From a virus (taxonomy: Duplodnaviria > Caudoviricetes): a DNA stretch of 30,655 nucleotides. Each line of letters opens with the position of its first letter. Position 1 is the first letter of the stretch. Below the pieces are notes generated by a model. The model was not told where the DNA came from and did not search any database. It was given only the letters and a program-made list of their open reading frames with translations. The DNA is taken from positions 1 to 30,655 of IMG/VR virus record IMGVR_UViG_3300037882_000906. One strand, given 5' to 3'. Below, one piece after another: positions 17,742 through 26,091 of the stretch. The position numbers and the translations under genes are program-made.

Positions 17742-18016
17742 GAGTCATCCTAACGTGGCTAGATCAGTTGCGGCGGACGACGGTGCAGGGCTTACCGGCG
17801 TTCTGTGCGGCCTTGGTGGCCCAGTTGGAAGAAATCGCGGCGGCCACGAATACCTGGGGAGCCGTCGATCATGAGAGTGACGGCACCCATGCGGCGGTGC
17901 GGTTTACCTCGGTAGACGCCACTCCTGAGCCGACGGCAACGGCGATTACGCTGTATTGGGATGGCACGAATTTGAAGTATCTCAAGCCGGACGGCACGAC
18001 CGGAAACGTGGTGTAG
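17738..18016 (+). CDS. Small tail-associated protein (92 aa)
   Basis: ATGA coupling. DHESDGTH and LYWDGTNLKY segments typical of fibre/needle proteins. Confidence 0.65.
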   Translation: MRVILTWLDQLRRTTVQGLPAFCAALVAQLEEIAAATNTWGAVDHESDGTHAAVRFTSVDATPEPTATAITLYWDGTNLKYLKPDGTTGNVV

Positions 18017-18025
18017 GAGACAGGT

Positions 18026-18637
18026 ATGAGTCAACTTCCTGGTCAAGATCAATACGGACGAATGCCTGAAACCGACATGTTTGGAAAGCCGTGGCCGATG
18101 CAGCAGGCGCTGCAACAGAACCTAGGCGGCACGTCGAACGGTGGGGGCAAGCGTGACCAGTGGAGTGGGAAGGGCACGATTACCGGGGGCGACTTTGGTC
18201 GCACGACTGGGTATGATGCCACCAATTTCAACGACCCCAACATGCAGACGCTGAAGTATCAGGCCGGACGGATCAATACGCGATATGACCCTCGGCAGGC
18301 CAACTACTTGCAACAACTGTTTGCCGACGAAGACTTCAAGCGTGAGTTTCCGAACGCCCGAATCGTGGATGATCGTAGTGGACGGATCAATTACGGCCAG
18401 AACGACGGCGACGTGGACATCGTGAAAAACTTTGGCGCGGATAACGCGGAAGTGGCGTGGCAACCCGTGGGGGGTGGTGACATAAGCCCAGTCGTGGGTG
18501 GCGGTTCCCCCACCACGTCTGGCACGATGCCAATTGCGGGTCAGCAGAGCGACCTGATGGCGCAGTTGTTGGAAGCCTTACAGGGGCAGCAAACACCCGA
18601 TCCACAGGCGCTCCTCCAGCAGCAGTTGATGAGGTAA
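18026..18637 (+). CDS. Putative ejection/internal virion protein (203 aa)
   Basis: AGGAG SD, G/Q/N-rich low-complexity ends, located after the tail genes. Confidence 0.55.
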   Translation: MSQLPGQDQYGRMPETDMFGKPWPMQQALQQNLGGTSNGGGKRDQWSGKGTITGGDFGRTTGYDATNFNDPNMQTLKYQAGRINTRYDPRQANYLQQLFADEDFKREFPNARIVDDRSGRINYGQNDGDVDIVKNFGADNAEVAWQPVGGGDISPVVGGGSPTTSGTMPIAGQQSDLMAQLLEALQGQQTPDPQALLQQQLMR

Positions 18638-18640
18638 GTC

Positions 18641-19594
18641 ATGGCGTACGAAGACACGTTCACCGACCCGACCGCGCCGAAGGGGTATCTAAAACCCGGC
18701 GATCCCGGCTACCGGCAGACCCCGTGGGCCCCGGACTACGATCCCGGCCCGAACTGGAACAACGGTGTGGCCCCTCCGCCCCCCACGGGGCGCTATGACT
18801 ACAACAATGGGTCGCCCGTGAACGACCCGTCTGAGGTGCTCAAGGCTGGGAACGGCTGGGAGTGGCAAGGCCCACAGACGCCGACGTGGAACGCCACGTC
18901 CAACCAGTGGGATCGGGGCGTCTGGAACCAGAAGACCGGCGGGGGGATTGGGTACACGCCCACCCCAACAACGACCGGCGGGGGAGGCGGCGGATCGGTG
19001 CCGTCGGTACCCGCGCCGGCAGGGGCACCGTCCTCAGCGCCGGGGATGCCGAACTTCTCCGGCATCGGCCAGACGACTACGACCCCGATTCAGAGCGCCT
19101 ATCAGGACGCGCTGCTGAAATACCTCAGTAAGTCACAGGAAGCGCCCAGCCTCACTGATTCGACGTTGAGCCCACAAGTGGAAGTGTTCCGCGTCCAGCA
19201 GCAACGGAACCAAGAGCGCCAGCGGTTGCAGGCGGCGGAACGGGCGGCGGCGACGGGCCAGAGCGAGTCGGGCTATCTCGACACGATGATCAGTAAGGGG
19301 TTACAGGATCAAGGCTTCAACACGGCCGCGTTCAATGCGAACCTCTTGGGCCGGGAAACCGACAAGCGGAATGACCAGTTGGTCGCCGCGTTGCAGTTGG
19401 CGCAGGCCACGGGCAACTCGGAAGCCGCACGGGAACTTCAGGCGCAACTTGGCGGAGGGGACTTGTCCTTGCGCCTGATGCAGACGTTGCTCGGGCAGGA
19501 TAATTTTTACGACCAACTGGGAGTGAACACGGCGCTCAGTCAGGAAGGGCTCAATCAACGCGCCTTACAGATCCTCTATGGAGGGACACAGTAA
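18641..19594 (+). CDS. Putative ejection (DNA transfer) protein (317 aa)
   Basis: P/G/W-rich N-half, and a Q/A-rich helical C-half (AAERAAATGQSESG) like podovirus pilot proteins. Confidence 0.6.
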   Translation: MAYEDTFTDPTAPKGYLKPGDPGYRQTPWAPDYDPGPNWNNGVAPPPPTGRYDYNNGSPVNDPSEVLKAGNGWEWQGPQTPTWNATSNQWDRGVWNQKTGGGIGYTPTPTTTGGGGGGSVPSVPAPAGAPSSAPGMPNFSGIGQTTTTPIQSAYQDALLKYLSKSQEAPSLTDSTLSPQVEVFRVQQQRNQERQRLQAAERAAATGQSESGYLDTMISKGLQDQGFNTAAFNANLLGRETDKRNDQLVAALQLAQATGNSEAARELQAQLGGGDLSLRLMQTLLGQDNFYDQLGVNTALSQEGLNQRALQILYGGTQ

Positions 19595-20274
19595 TGGGCC
19601 CCATCCTCCCAGCGATCATGGCCGGTGCCGGACTCCTCGGGAAAGTCTTTAGCGGAGGCGCGAAAGGCGCGTCCGACCAGCGCCTGAACGAGAACCAGCA
19701 GCGGCTCCAGCAGCAGCAGATCCACAACAACGACATCATCAACAGGGCGTCGTTGCAGAACTCGGCGGCGACGACCCGCGCCGGGATGCAGAACAGTAAC
19801 GCCTTGGACCGGGCTGGGCTGGATCTGTCGCGGAAGTCGTTCCAGCAGACTGAACCGAACGTGCAGGCGCGTCAGGCGCTGACCGGCTCGTTGATGTCCC
19901 GGATTCAGCCACTCCAGATGACGGGCTTGTCCGATCGCGTCTCGGCGCGGATGCCGAAGATGAACTCGATCATCGACGCGATTGGCCCCGAAGCGCGGCA
20001 GGCCGGGAGTCTCTTGGCGCAGCGGGGGCTGTCGGGGTTACAGAGCGGCGGTACGCAGTTCGCGGATCTGCCGCCGGTGGCATTGCCGCCGGAACTGAAC
20101 CTGCCGCCTGCTACCCTCATGGCGCTCCAGAAGTCGGGCTTGCTGGAAAAGATCATGGGCGGCCTCGGGCTGGCCGGGTCGATTGCCGGCGCCCTCGGGG
20201 AAGCCGGGGTCTTTGGGCAGCCGACGATCAATGGCGGGGTGATTGATACGACCCCGCCAAAGAGGAACTGGTGA
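19594..20274 (+). CDS. Putative ejection protein with P22 gp7-like architecture (226 aa)
   Basis: Gly-rich hydrophobic helices at both ends (PAIMAGAGLLGKVFSGG; IMGGLGLAGSIAGALG) around a Q-rich coil. Confidence 0.65.
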   Translation: MGPILPAIMAGAGLLGKVFSGGAKGASDQRLNENQQRLQQQQIHNNDIINRASLQNSAATTRAGMQNSNALDRAGLDLSRKSFQQTEPNVQARQALTGSLMSRIQPLQMTGLSDRVSARMPKMNSIIDAIGPEARQAGSLLAQRGLSGLQSGGTQFADLPPVALPPELNLPPATLMALQKSGLLEKIMGGLGLAGSIAGALGEAGVFGQPTINGGVIDTTPPKRNW

Positions 20275-20278
20275 TCTT

Positions 20279-21379
20279 ATGGCCATAGCAGGCGCAGCCT
20301 TCGGAGCCAGTCAGGGGTTGGAAGAAGCCATCGGCATCCAGATGCTCAAGGCGAAACTCGCGGAGCAACTGCGGTCGGCGCAGGCGCAGGAGGATCTGGA
20401 ACGCCAGCGGCTGGACCAAAACCGGCAAGCGCTCGAAGGGGAAACCCAGCATCGGCAACAGACCGCCAAACAGGCCGCCTCAGACAAGGCGACCGCACAG
20501 ACGCGCCAATTGGCTATGGATGTCTTCGCCCGTGTGAAGGATACGCCGGGAGTGGTGGGCGATTCGGACGCCGCCGCCCTCGCGGCCTATCCTGGCACGG
20601 CTGGATCGTTCGTGTTGCAGGACGGGGTGCCGGTGCGGATGAAACCGCCGAAGGAGCCCAAGTTGCGGGCCGTGACGGGGATCGGCCCAAAGGGTGAACC
20701 CATTAATCGCATGGCGGCCGAGGATGAGGAAGTGCAGGAATGGCGCGCACCGGAGAAGCCGACCGCACCAGCCAAGACCGATACGCAATGGGTAGAACTA
20801 CCCGACGGCACGGTCATCGAGGCACCCAAGGGCGCCGCGCCACCCGGATCGCGTCCTTACACGGGCACGATGTCCCGTGACGATGCCAACCGGGAAGTAA
20901 GCGCATCCAAGCAGCATGGTTTCGTTAAGGAAGCTATTGCGGCGTTGGCAGACTTACGGGCTACAAAAGGGCAGGCCGGGGCCACGGGAATGCCGGCACT
21001 AAGTGATCCCGGATCATGGCCAAGGATTATTGGAGCAAATGCGCTTCCTGGTTCACCAGCGGCGGTCTATGATGCGAAACGTCGAGCGGTGATCTCGAAA
21101 TTGGTGGTGCCACGACTGGATGCCATGCGCGGACTGGGCCAGATGTCAGATCGGGAGTTTGCGAACATGGTCGCCGGCACCACAGCGATGGGTGAGGGTC
21201 GCCTCAGTGAAACCGAAGAAATTCGTGAACTAGATCGACTGGAAAAGTTCCTCGCGGACGCCGATGCGACAGCCGGCAGGCGGAACGACCCCGGATTGAA
21301 TCGCGGAATCACCGCGACACTACCTGATGTCGATGCAGAAATTGCCAAGATTCGGGCGGCGCGGAAGCCGGGGGGCTAA
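20279..21379 (+). CDS. Putative ejection protein (366 aa)
   Basis: Start moved to ATG 20279 (GAGG upstream). N-terminal coiled coil. C-terminal MRGLGQMSDREF resembles the G.G..S..E motif of DNA-transfer proteins. Confidence 0.65.
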   Translation: MAIAGAAFGASQGLEEAIGIQMLKAKLAEQLRSAQAQEDLERQRLDQNRQALEGETQHRQQTAKQAASDKATAQTRQLAMDVFARVKDTPGVVGDSDAAALAAYPGTAGSFVLQDGVPVRMKPPKEPKLRAVTGIGPKGEPINRMAAEDEEVQEWRAPEKPTAPAKTDTQWVELPDGTVIEAPKGAAPPGSRPYTGTMSRDDANREVSASKQHGFVKEAIAALADLRATKGQAGATGMPALSDPGSWPRIIGANALPGSPAAVYDAKRRAVISKLVVPRLDAMRGLGQMSDREFANMVAGTTAMGEGRLSETEEIRELDRLEKFLADADATAGRRNDPGLNRGITATLPDVDAEIAKIRAARKPGG

Positions 21380-21382
21380 CGC

Positions 21383-22516
21383 ATGGATCAAGACCGACTC
21401 TCCGACCCGGCGCTGTTGAAGTTGCTCGATAGCGACGACGACCTGTCGTTTCTCACGCCTGAGGAGAAACAGCGGATGGTGGCGTTGGCGACGGTGAAGA
21501 CCCCACCCTCGGCGGCAATCTCGCATGACTCCACTACGCCCACCTGGACGGATACCGCGATTGATGCGCTCCCCACGATGGGCGGCATGGCGGGGTCGAT
21601 CGCGGGCGGCAAAAGCACGCCGGTTGGGATGGCGTTGTCGGGACTCGGAGGGGCGGCGGGGGAATCACTACGGCAGATTGCCAATGTTGCCCGTGGGCGC
21701 ATGGAGTCGGTGCCTGATACGCCGATGGGGCAATTGCGGCAGATTGCCACTGAAGGAGCAAAACAGGGCGGCTTAGAAGCCCTTGGTCGTGGTGCTGTCG
21801 GCCTGACGAAGCGTGTGGCTCGGGCCACGATGCAGGGGGCGATCCCCAAGGCGATTGCCAAGGAATTTGATACCGTCAATCTGCCACAGGAGATGTTGGA
21901 TCGGGGCGCGTTGCCGGGGTCAAGTCGTTCCGCCCGGCGCATCTCAGGACTCTCGCAGGCCGCCAATACCGAACGCACGGCCGCCGCGCAGACGGTGCCA
22001 CCGATGCGCTGGCCGCAGGCCGCGAAAGGCCATATCGCGTTGTACGACGATGCCGTCCGCGCTGGGAAGCCGGATCGGGCGTCCCGTGTCGTAGCCGACG
22101 CGCGAAAGATTCGGCAGGAACTGCCGACCGGCCTTGATGGTCCTGGGCAACTCGCCCGGAAGGACATCTTGCAGCAGGAAGGGAAAGCGGCGGTGAATGC
22201 CGCGAATCCCAAGACGGCCGCCCTGATGCCCCAGTTGGCGAACGCCGAGCGCAAATCCATTGTCGAGGGCTTACGAAAAACGCCGCGCATGGCGAAGGCG
22301 TTAGATGAGTCGCAGACACTCATGGCGATCGATGCGATCATGAAAGATGCGAGTCATTCCAACCCGTTGACGCGGTTGCGGTCTGGCGGGGTGGCGTCCG
22401 CTATGATTTCCCCGATTGGGGCGTCCGCCACAGCGCACGCGCTTAATCAGGGCTCTCGTGTGGTCAGTCCGCAAGCGTTGCGGCTCTTGAGCCTGATCAT
22501 GGGGTCACAGGAATGA
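21383..22516 (+). CDS. Putative ejection protein (377 aa)
   Basis: Glycine-zipper-like PTMGGMAGSIAGG...LSGLGGAAGESLRQ, A/R-rich helical body. Confidence 0.65.
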   Translation: MDQDRLSDPALLKLLDSDDDLSFLTPEEKQRMVALATVKTPPSAAISHDSTTPTWTDTAIDALPTMGGMAGSIAGGKSTPVGMALSGLGGAAGESLRQIANVARGRMESVPDTPMGQLRQIATEGAKQGGLEALGRGAVGLTKRVARATMQGAIPKAIAKEFDTVNLPQEMLDRGALPGSSRSARRISGLSQAANTERTAAAQTVPPMRWPQAAKGHIALYDDAVRAGKPDRASRVVADARKIRQELPTGLDGPGQLARKDILQQEGKAAVNAANPKTAALMPQLANAERKSIVEGLRKTPRMAKALDESQTLMAIDAIMKDASHSNPLTRLRSGGVASAMISPIGASATAHALNQGSRVVSPQALRLLSLIMGSQE

Positions 22517-23013
22517 CCCTCGACTGGCTTCCCGCCGACCTGCGCCCCTTGGTGGCATCCGCCACGGAGCCCCAACGAGTCGCCGCGACCCTCTGGGCGG
22601 AATCCCGCTCCGAAAAGGTCGAAGGGATCATTGCCGTCGCCAACGTCATCCGCAACCGGGTGCAGGCCGACCTCGGCAAGGACGGGAAGCCTGATTGGTG
22701 GGGCGAGGGGTATTCCGGGGTCTGTCTCGCCCCACACCAGTTCAGTTGCTGGACGCCGGCCGGGGGGCAGCGCAATTACGACCGTCTCGTCACCCTCTTG
22801 CAGCAGTTCGTGGCGAAGACCCCGATCACTGATCCGGCGGTTCGGGAGTGTATCGGGATAGCCCATCTCATCATGGGTGACTACCTCCGGGATAACACGC
22901 ACGGGGCCACGCATTACCATGTCGCCACGATGACCCCTCGACCCAAGTGGGCAAAGGGTCACACTCCGGCGATCCAGATATCTGCACACGTCTTCTACGT
23001 AGGGATTCCATGA
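22513..23013 (+). CDS. Cell wall hydrolase, SleB/Hydrolase_2 family (putative endolysin)
   Basis: TLWAESRSE (catalytic Glu), AVANVIRNRV, QFSCW, GATHYH, PKWA and HVFY motifs. Confidence 0.92.
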   Translation: MTLDWLPADLRPLVASATEPQRVAATLWAESRSEKVEGIIAVANVIRNRVQADLGKDGKPDWWGEGYSGVCLAPHQFSCWTPAGGQRNYDRLVTLLQQFVAKTPITDPAVRECIGIAHLIMGDYLRDNTHGATHYHVATMTPRPKWAKGHTPAIQISAHVFYVGIP

Positions 23014-23324
23014 TCACAGCGGTGCGCGTGCTTGTCGTCGGATGGTTGGCCACCGGGGTGATCGTGTTGTCGGCGCAGGCGCGGCAGAACGGCAATATGG
23101 AGCGGGATGTGGCGGTCACAGACGCCAATCTGCGCTCGCTGTCGGAGCGGGTGAATAACCTTGAGGACATCCAGCGAGAGTCGCGGGTGGTGGAGCGGCT
23201 GATTGCCTTGGAGGTGGTTGCCACGCGGGCTAATGACAATCGGACGTTGCTGTACGGCGTGCTGGGCGGGGTGGCGATTCAGTTGATTGTCTCGGCCCTA
23301 AACCTAAAGAAAGGCCAGCGCTAA
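23010..23324 (+). CDS. Membrane protein with coiled coil (holin/XhlA-like architecture, 104 aa)
   Basis: ATGA overlap at 23010. Hydrophobic N- and C-terminal helices, basic C-terminus, next to the hydrolase. Confidence 0.6.
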   Translation: MITAVRVLVVGWLATGVIVLSAQARQNGNMERDVAVTDANLRSLSERVNNLEDIQRESRVVERLIALEVVATRANDNRTLLYGVLGGVAIQLIVSALNLKKGQR

Positions 23325-23881
23325 TGTGGACACCAGCCCATCAAGAACTCCTCGAGCGCTTCAATGCCGCCTTTTCAGCCCCGCATAGTGACGACTTGTG
23401 CCGGGAGTGGACGCTCGGGCTCGCGGAGCAGTTCGCCTACACCTTCCCGGCGGCAGGTTGGGGGACGAAACGAGCCGACCCAAGCCGGCCGCAGAGCACC
23501 GATGTCATCTGCACGCGGGAGCCGTTCACGGGCTACGACGTGTTGCTGCACCAAGGCACACCCCAACAGGCGCTGACGACCGACCCCGCGCCGATTGACC
23601 TGACGGGGCAGGTGTTTATCGCGGTGACGCCGACGAACCACCTTGGGTTGACGCCGTTGCCGCCCCTCGCGTATCCGTACCCGGACGAGAACACGGCGGG
23701 GAAGGCGTTTCAGGAGCGGGTGCGGAAAGCCTACAGTGACGCAGGGCGAGCGTTCCCTGACCCGAACGATCCCGAAGCATTCCGTCACTTCATGCGCTAC
23801 GGCTATTCGTGCCATGAGATGCCGGAGCCCGAGGCAGCAGATAAACATATTGCCGAGCTGCGCGCGCAGCTCGGCGTCTAG
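23324..23881 (+). CDS. Uncharacterised two-domain protein in the lysis cassette (185 aa)
   Basis: TAATG coupling. A Pro-rich linker (TPLPPLAYPYP) separates two globular parts. Confidence 0.75.
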   Translation: MWTPAHQELLERFNAAFSAPHSDDLCREWTLGLAEQFAYTFPAAGWGTKRADPSRPQSTDVICTREPFTGYDVLLHQGTPQQALTTDPAPIDLTGQVFIAVTPTNHLGLTPLPPLAYPYPDENTAGKAFQERVRKAYSDAGRAFPDPNDPEAFRHFMRYGYSCHEMPEPEAADKHIAELRAQLGV

Positions 23882-23892
23882 GAGAGAACACC

Positions 23893-24069
23893 ATGATCGA
23901 CACCCTCTATCTCGGAGCTATTGCCCGCGCCCTGATGATCTTCCTCGGTTCCCGTGGCATCACCCTGTCGGAGGATACCGCTGGCCAGCTGGTGTCTGGC
24001 GCGGTGGCGCTTGTGGCCCTGCTGTGGTCGCTCAGCCAGAAGCGGCAGCAGATTCAGCGCGAACGCTGA
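23893..24069 (+). CDS. Putative small holin (58 aa) absent from the ORF track
   Basis: AGGAGAG SD. MIDTLYLGAIARALMIFLGSRGITLSEDTAGQLVSGAVALVALLWSLSQKRQQIQRER* has two hydrophobic segments and a WS..K basic tail. Confidence 0.75.
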   Translation: MIDTLYLGAIARALMIFLGSRGITLSEDTAGQLVSGAVALVALLWSLSQKRQQIQRER

Positions 24070-24566
24070 CGGCGCAGTGTCCGCACGTTCAGGCTGGTGA
24101 CCGTCACGTTGACCGCGGTCATGACGAGGGCTGTGCCGATGGCGGCTTTGCGGCTACGCGTGCCGATCCTATGAACCACGTAGCCCATCGCTGCCCCTTG
24201 CGCCACCTTGAAGGCCAGAATCTCGTTCCCGCTCCAGCCGCTGAAGAAGGGGTTGGCTTCGACAATCCCTGGCTGCTTGAGTGCTGCCTGCGTCGAGAGG
24301 CCATCCGCGATCGGGCCAGCGACGGCGAGGGATGTCGCCCACCACGGGGCGCGTTCCTGTGCCCATGCGGGGGTGCTCAGGAGGCACAGGCAGAGGGTGA
24401 GGGCGCGGGTCTTAGACTTAAGAATGTCGCGGCGACTGAGCCACATAAAGCGACACCATGCCCTAATCAATGGCCAGCCTGAAGCGCGACGAAAACTATC
24501 ATAGCCGAGGAAATCACAACTGGCTTTCATAAACCAGCGATGATGCTCAAGGAATTGGCGGATCAT
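24054..24566 (-). CDS. Membrane protein, DUF5658-like (start may be 24446)
   Basis: ADGLSTQAAL...EANPF motif, several hydrophobic helices, and an internal signal-peptide-like LTLCLCLLSTPAWA. Confidence 0.6.
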   Translation of the reverse strand: MIRQFLEHHRWFMKASCDFLGYDSFRRASGWPLIRAWCRFMWLSRRDILKSKTRALTLCLCLLSTPAWAQERAPWWATSLAVAGPIADGLSTQAALKQPGIVEANPFFSGWSGNEILAFKVAQGAAMGYVVHRIGTRSRKAAIGTALVMTAVNVTVTSLNVRTLRRQRSR

Positions 24567-24853
24567 TTACCCTCCCGTTGCTGGCGGCAGAAGTCAGCCA
24601 GCTCAGTTAGGGCACGATAACGCGCTAACTTTGGGTCGCTGCTCCCTCTCATTGCGTCATCCACGGCTCGTGATTGGGCTTCCTGCTCGACTAATTCCAG
24701 TGTGTCCGCACGGACGGCGGCAATGAGCGCAGACACGGCGTCGACGCCAGCCTGCTTATAAATGGCCGTGCTGTGTTGATATTGCGCTGTCGCCTCGCAA
24801 TCGCAGAGGTAATCTCGCAGCACCGTCTCTCGGGCCTGTTCAGTGCGGGTCAT
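24563..24853 (-). CDS. Hypothetical protein (96 aa)
   Basis: ATGA coupling at both ends, AGGAG SD. Confidence 0.7.
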   Translation of the reverse strand: MTRTEQARETVLRDYLCDCEATAQYQHSTAIYKQAGVDAVSALIAAVRADTLELVEQEAQSRAVDDAMRGSSDPKLARYRALTELADFCRQQREGK

Positions 24854-25776
24854 GACGGTGGCTCCTGAGTGGGCGGTAGGGGTGGGATATTCACGGCTTG
24901 CCCACCTGCGCCCTGTGTAGCCTCCTGTTGGGCGAGCAGGGACGACGTATCGGCCAATTCCAGCGACATCGCTTCGTGTGACTGAATCAGGCGCACGACC
25001 ACCGACGTGAGCGTGCCATCGACCGGCCCGAGTTTGGCTTCTCCGGCCTCCCGCGCTGATTGCAATTCGTTTTGAGCAGCGGCGAGCAGGGACGACAGGC
25101 GGGTGACTTCCTCGGTCAACCCTTTGATGACGGCGCGAAACTCGTCACGTTCCGTCTTGATGCGGATGACTTCGGCCTCGGCGGCTTCGGCGTGCTCGAA
25201 TACCACATGATTCGCCTTCAATGCGTCAGCCACGGAATGTTTGAGCGCGTCGATCTCCTGCTGCGCCTCCGCTCGCTCCTCAGCACGGGCGGCGGCAATC
25301 AGGGCGTTAATAGTCACGCGCCCTTTCTGCTGACGATAGGCGGCGAGTGCGTTGTCAACGGTGTCGTGTTGCTCGCCCCACAGCGTGTCACCGTTGTCAG
25401 TGTGCGGCCCTTCGTGACCCTTCTCACGGGAACAGTGCAGCGTTGGCCCGAAGTTGCCCGTCCACGAAGCGCCACACTCGGGGGCGCGTGGGTCAGCGAC
25501 CTCACGTAGGCCGATGCGCGTTGGTCCCTTGCACGGCTTGTTCTGCTCGTCGTGCCTGCGAATGACTCCGCAAATGAGGCACATCGCCATACCATCTGGA
25601 GTTGAGTCCCGCAGCGACGGCCACTGAGCCATGCGCGGGTCGTGCTTGTCAGCCCAATCGTGCGCGCCCCACGACGCAGAACCGGAGGTGTGCGGCCCAG
25701 CATGATCGGCCACCAACGTGCAAAGATGGGTCACAGCGCTGAACTTCTTGGCGTCGGCGCAGGTCTTCTCGCTCAT
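24850..25776 (-). CDS. Mosaic protein with two C-x5-H-x3-H metal-binding-like modules plus a coiled coil (308 aa)
   Basis: CTLVADHAGPH..WG and CSREKGHEGPH..WG, CLIC..C, and a heptad-rich C-half. Confidence 0.7.
   Translation of the reverse strand: MSEKTCADAKKFSAVTHLCTLVADHAGPHTSGSASWGAHDWADKHDPRMAQWPSLRDSTPDGMAMCLICGVIRRHDEQNKPCKGPTRIGLREVADPRAPECGASWTGNFGPTLHCSREKGHEGPHTDNGDTLWGEQHDTVDNALAAYRQQKGRVTINALIAAARAEERAEAQQEIDALKHSVADALKANHVVFEHAEAAEAEVIRIKTERDEFRAVIKGLTEEVTRLSSLLAAAQNELQSAREAGEAKLGPVDGTLTSVVVRLIQSHEAMSLELADTSSLLAQQEATQGAGGQAVNIPPLPPTQEPPS
24931..25096. repeat. 16-bp direct repeat GGCGAGCAGGGACGAC (24931-24946, 25081-25096)
   Basis: Exact copies 150 bp apart, both encoding SSLLA. 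Confidence 0.85.
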
Positions 25777-25802
25777 GGAGTCACGCGCCCTTTCTGCTGA
25801 CG
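25312..25802. repeat. 24-bp direct repeat AGTCACGCGCCCTTTCTGCTGACG (25312-25335, 25779-25802)
   Basis: Exact copies 467 bp apart. One is intragenic and one lies between genes. Confidence 0.9.
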
Positions 25803-25803
25803 G

Positions 25804-26049
25804 TCATTTTGACCATGATTTGTTGTCGTGGGGGCAAATTGTTTCCACAGGGCACTTGTCGCAGTACCAGACCTTCTTGTTCGTGAGGATGCAGCCCCAC
25901 GGGGCGTGTTGGTCGTCCGAGAACTGGATAGGCATGTTGTCGGCTACGAAGGAACATACGTCCTGCAATTTCTTCCTCTCTTCCTCCGTCCGTCTGATTT
26001 GAGTGGCGGTCAACCCAGCCATCTCAGCCTCCGTAATGATGTACATCAT
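25804..26049 (-). CDS. Small Cys-rich protein (81 aa)
   Basis: GGAGGAGG SD. PWGC...WYCDKCPV...CP motif. Confidence 0.75.
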   Translation of the reverse strand: MMYIITEAEMAGLTATQIRRTEEERKKLQDVCSFVADNMPIQFSDDQHAPWGCILTNKKVWYCDKCPVETICPHDNKSWSK

Positions 26050-26091
26050 TCTTCGGCCTCCTCCAGTAGCGCGGCGTCGGGGGTCACAGGG

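Noticed and set aside
25312-25802. IS element or MITE with target-site duplication
   Set aside because: No transposase or terminal inverted repeats, and 24 bp is longer than usual target duplications.
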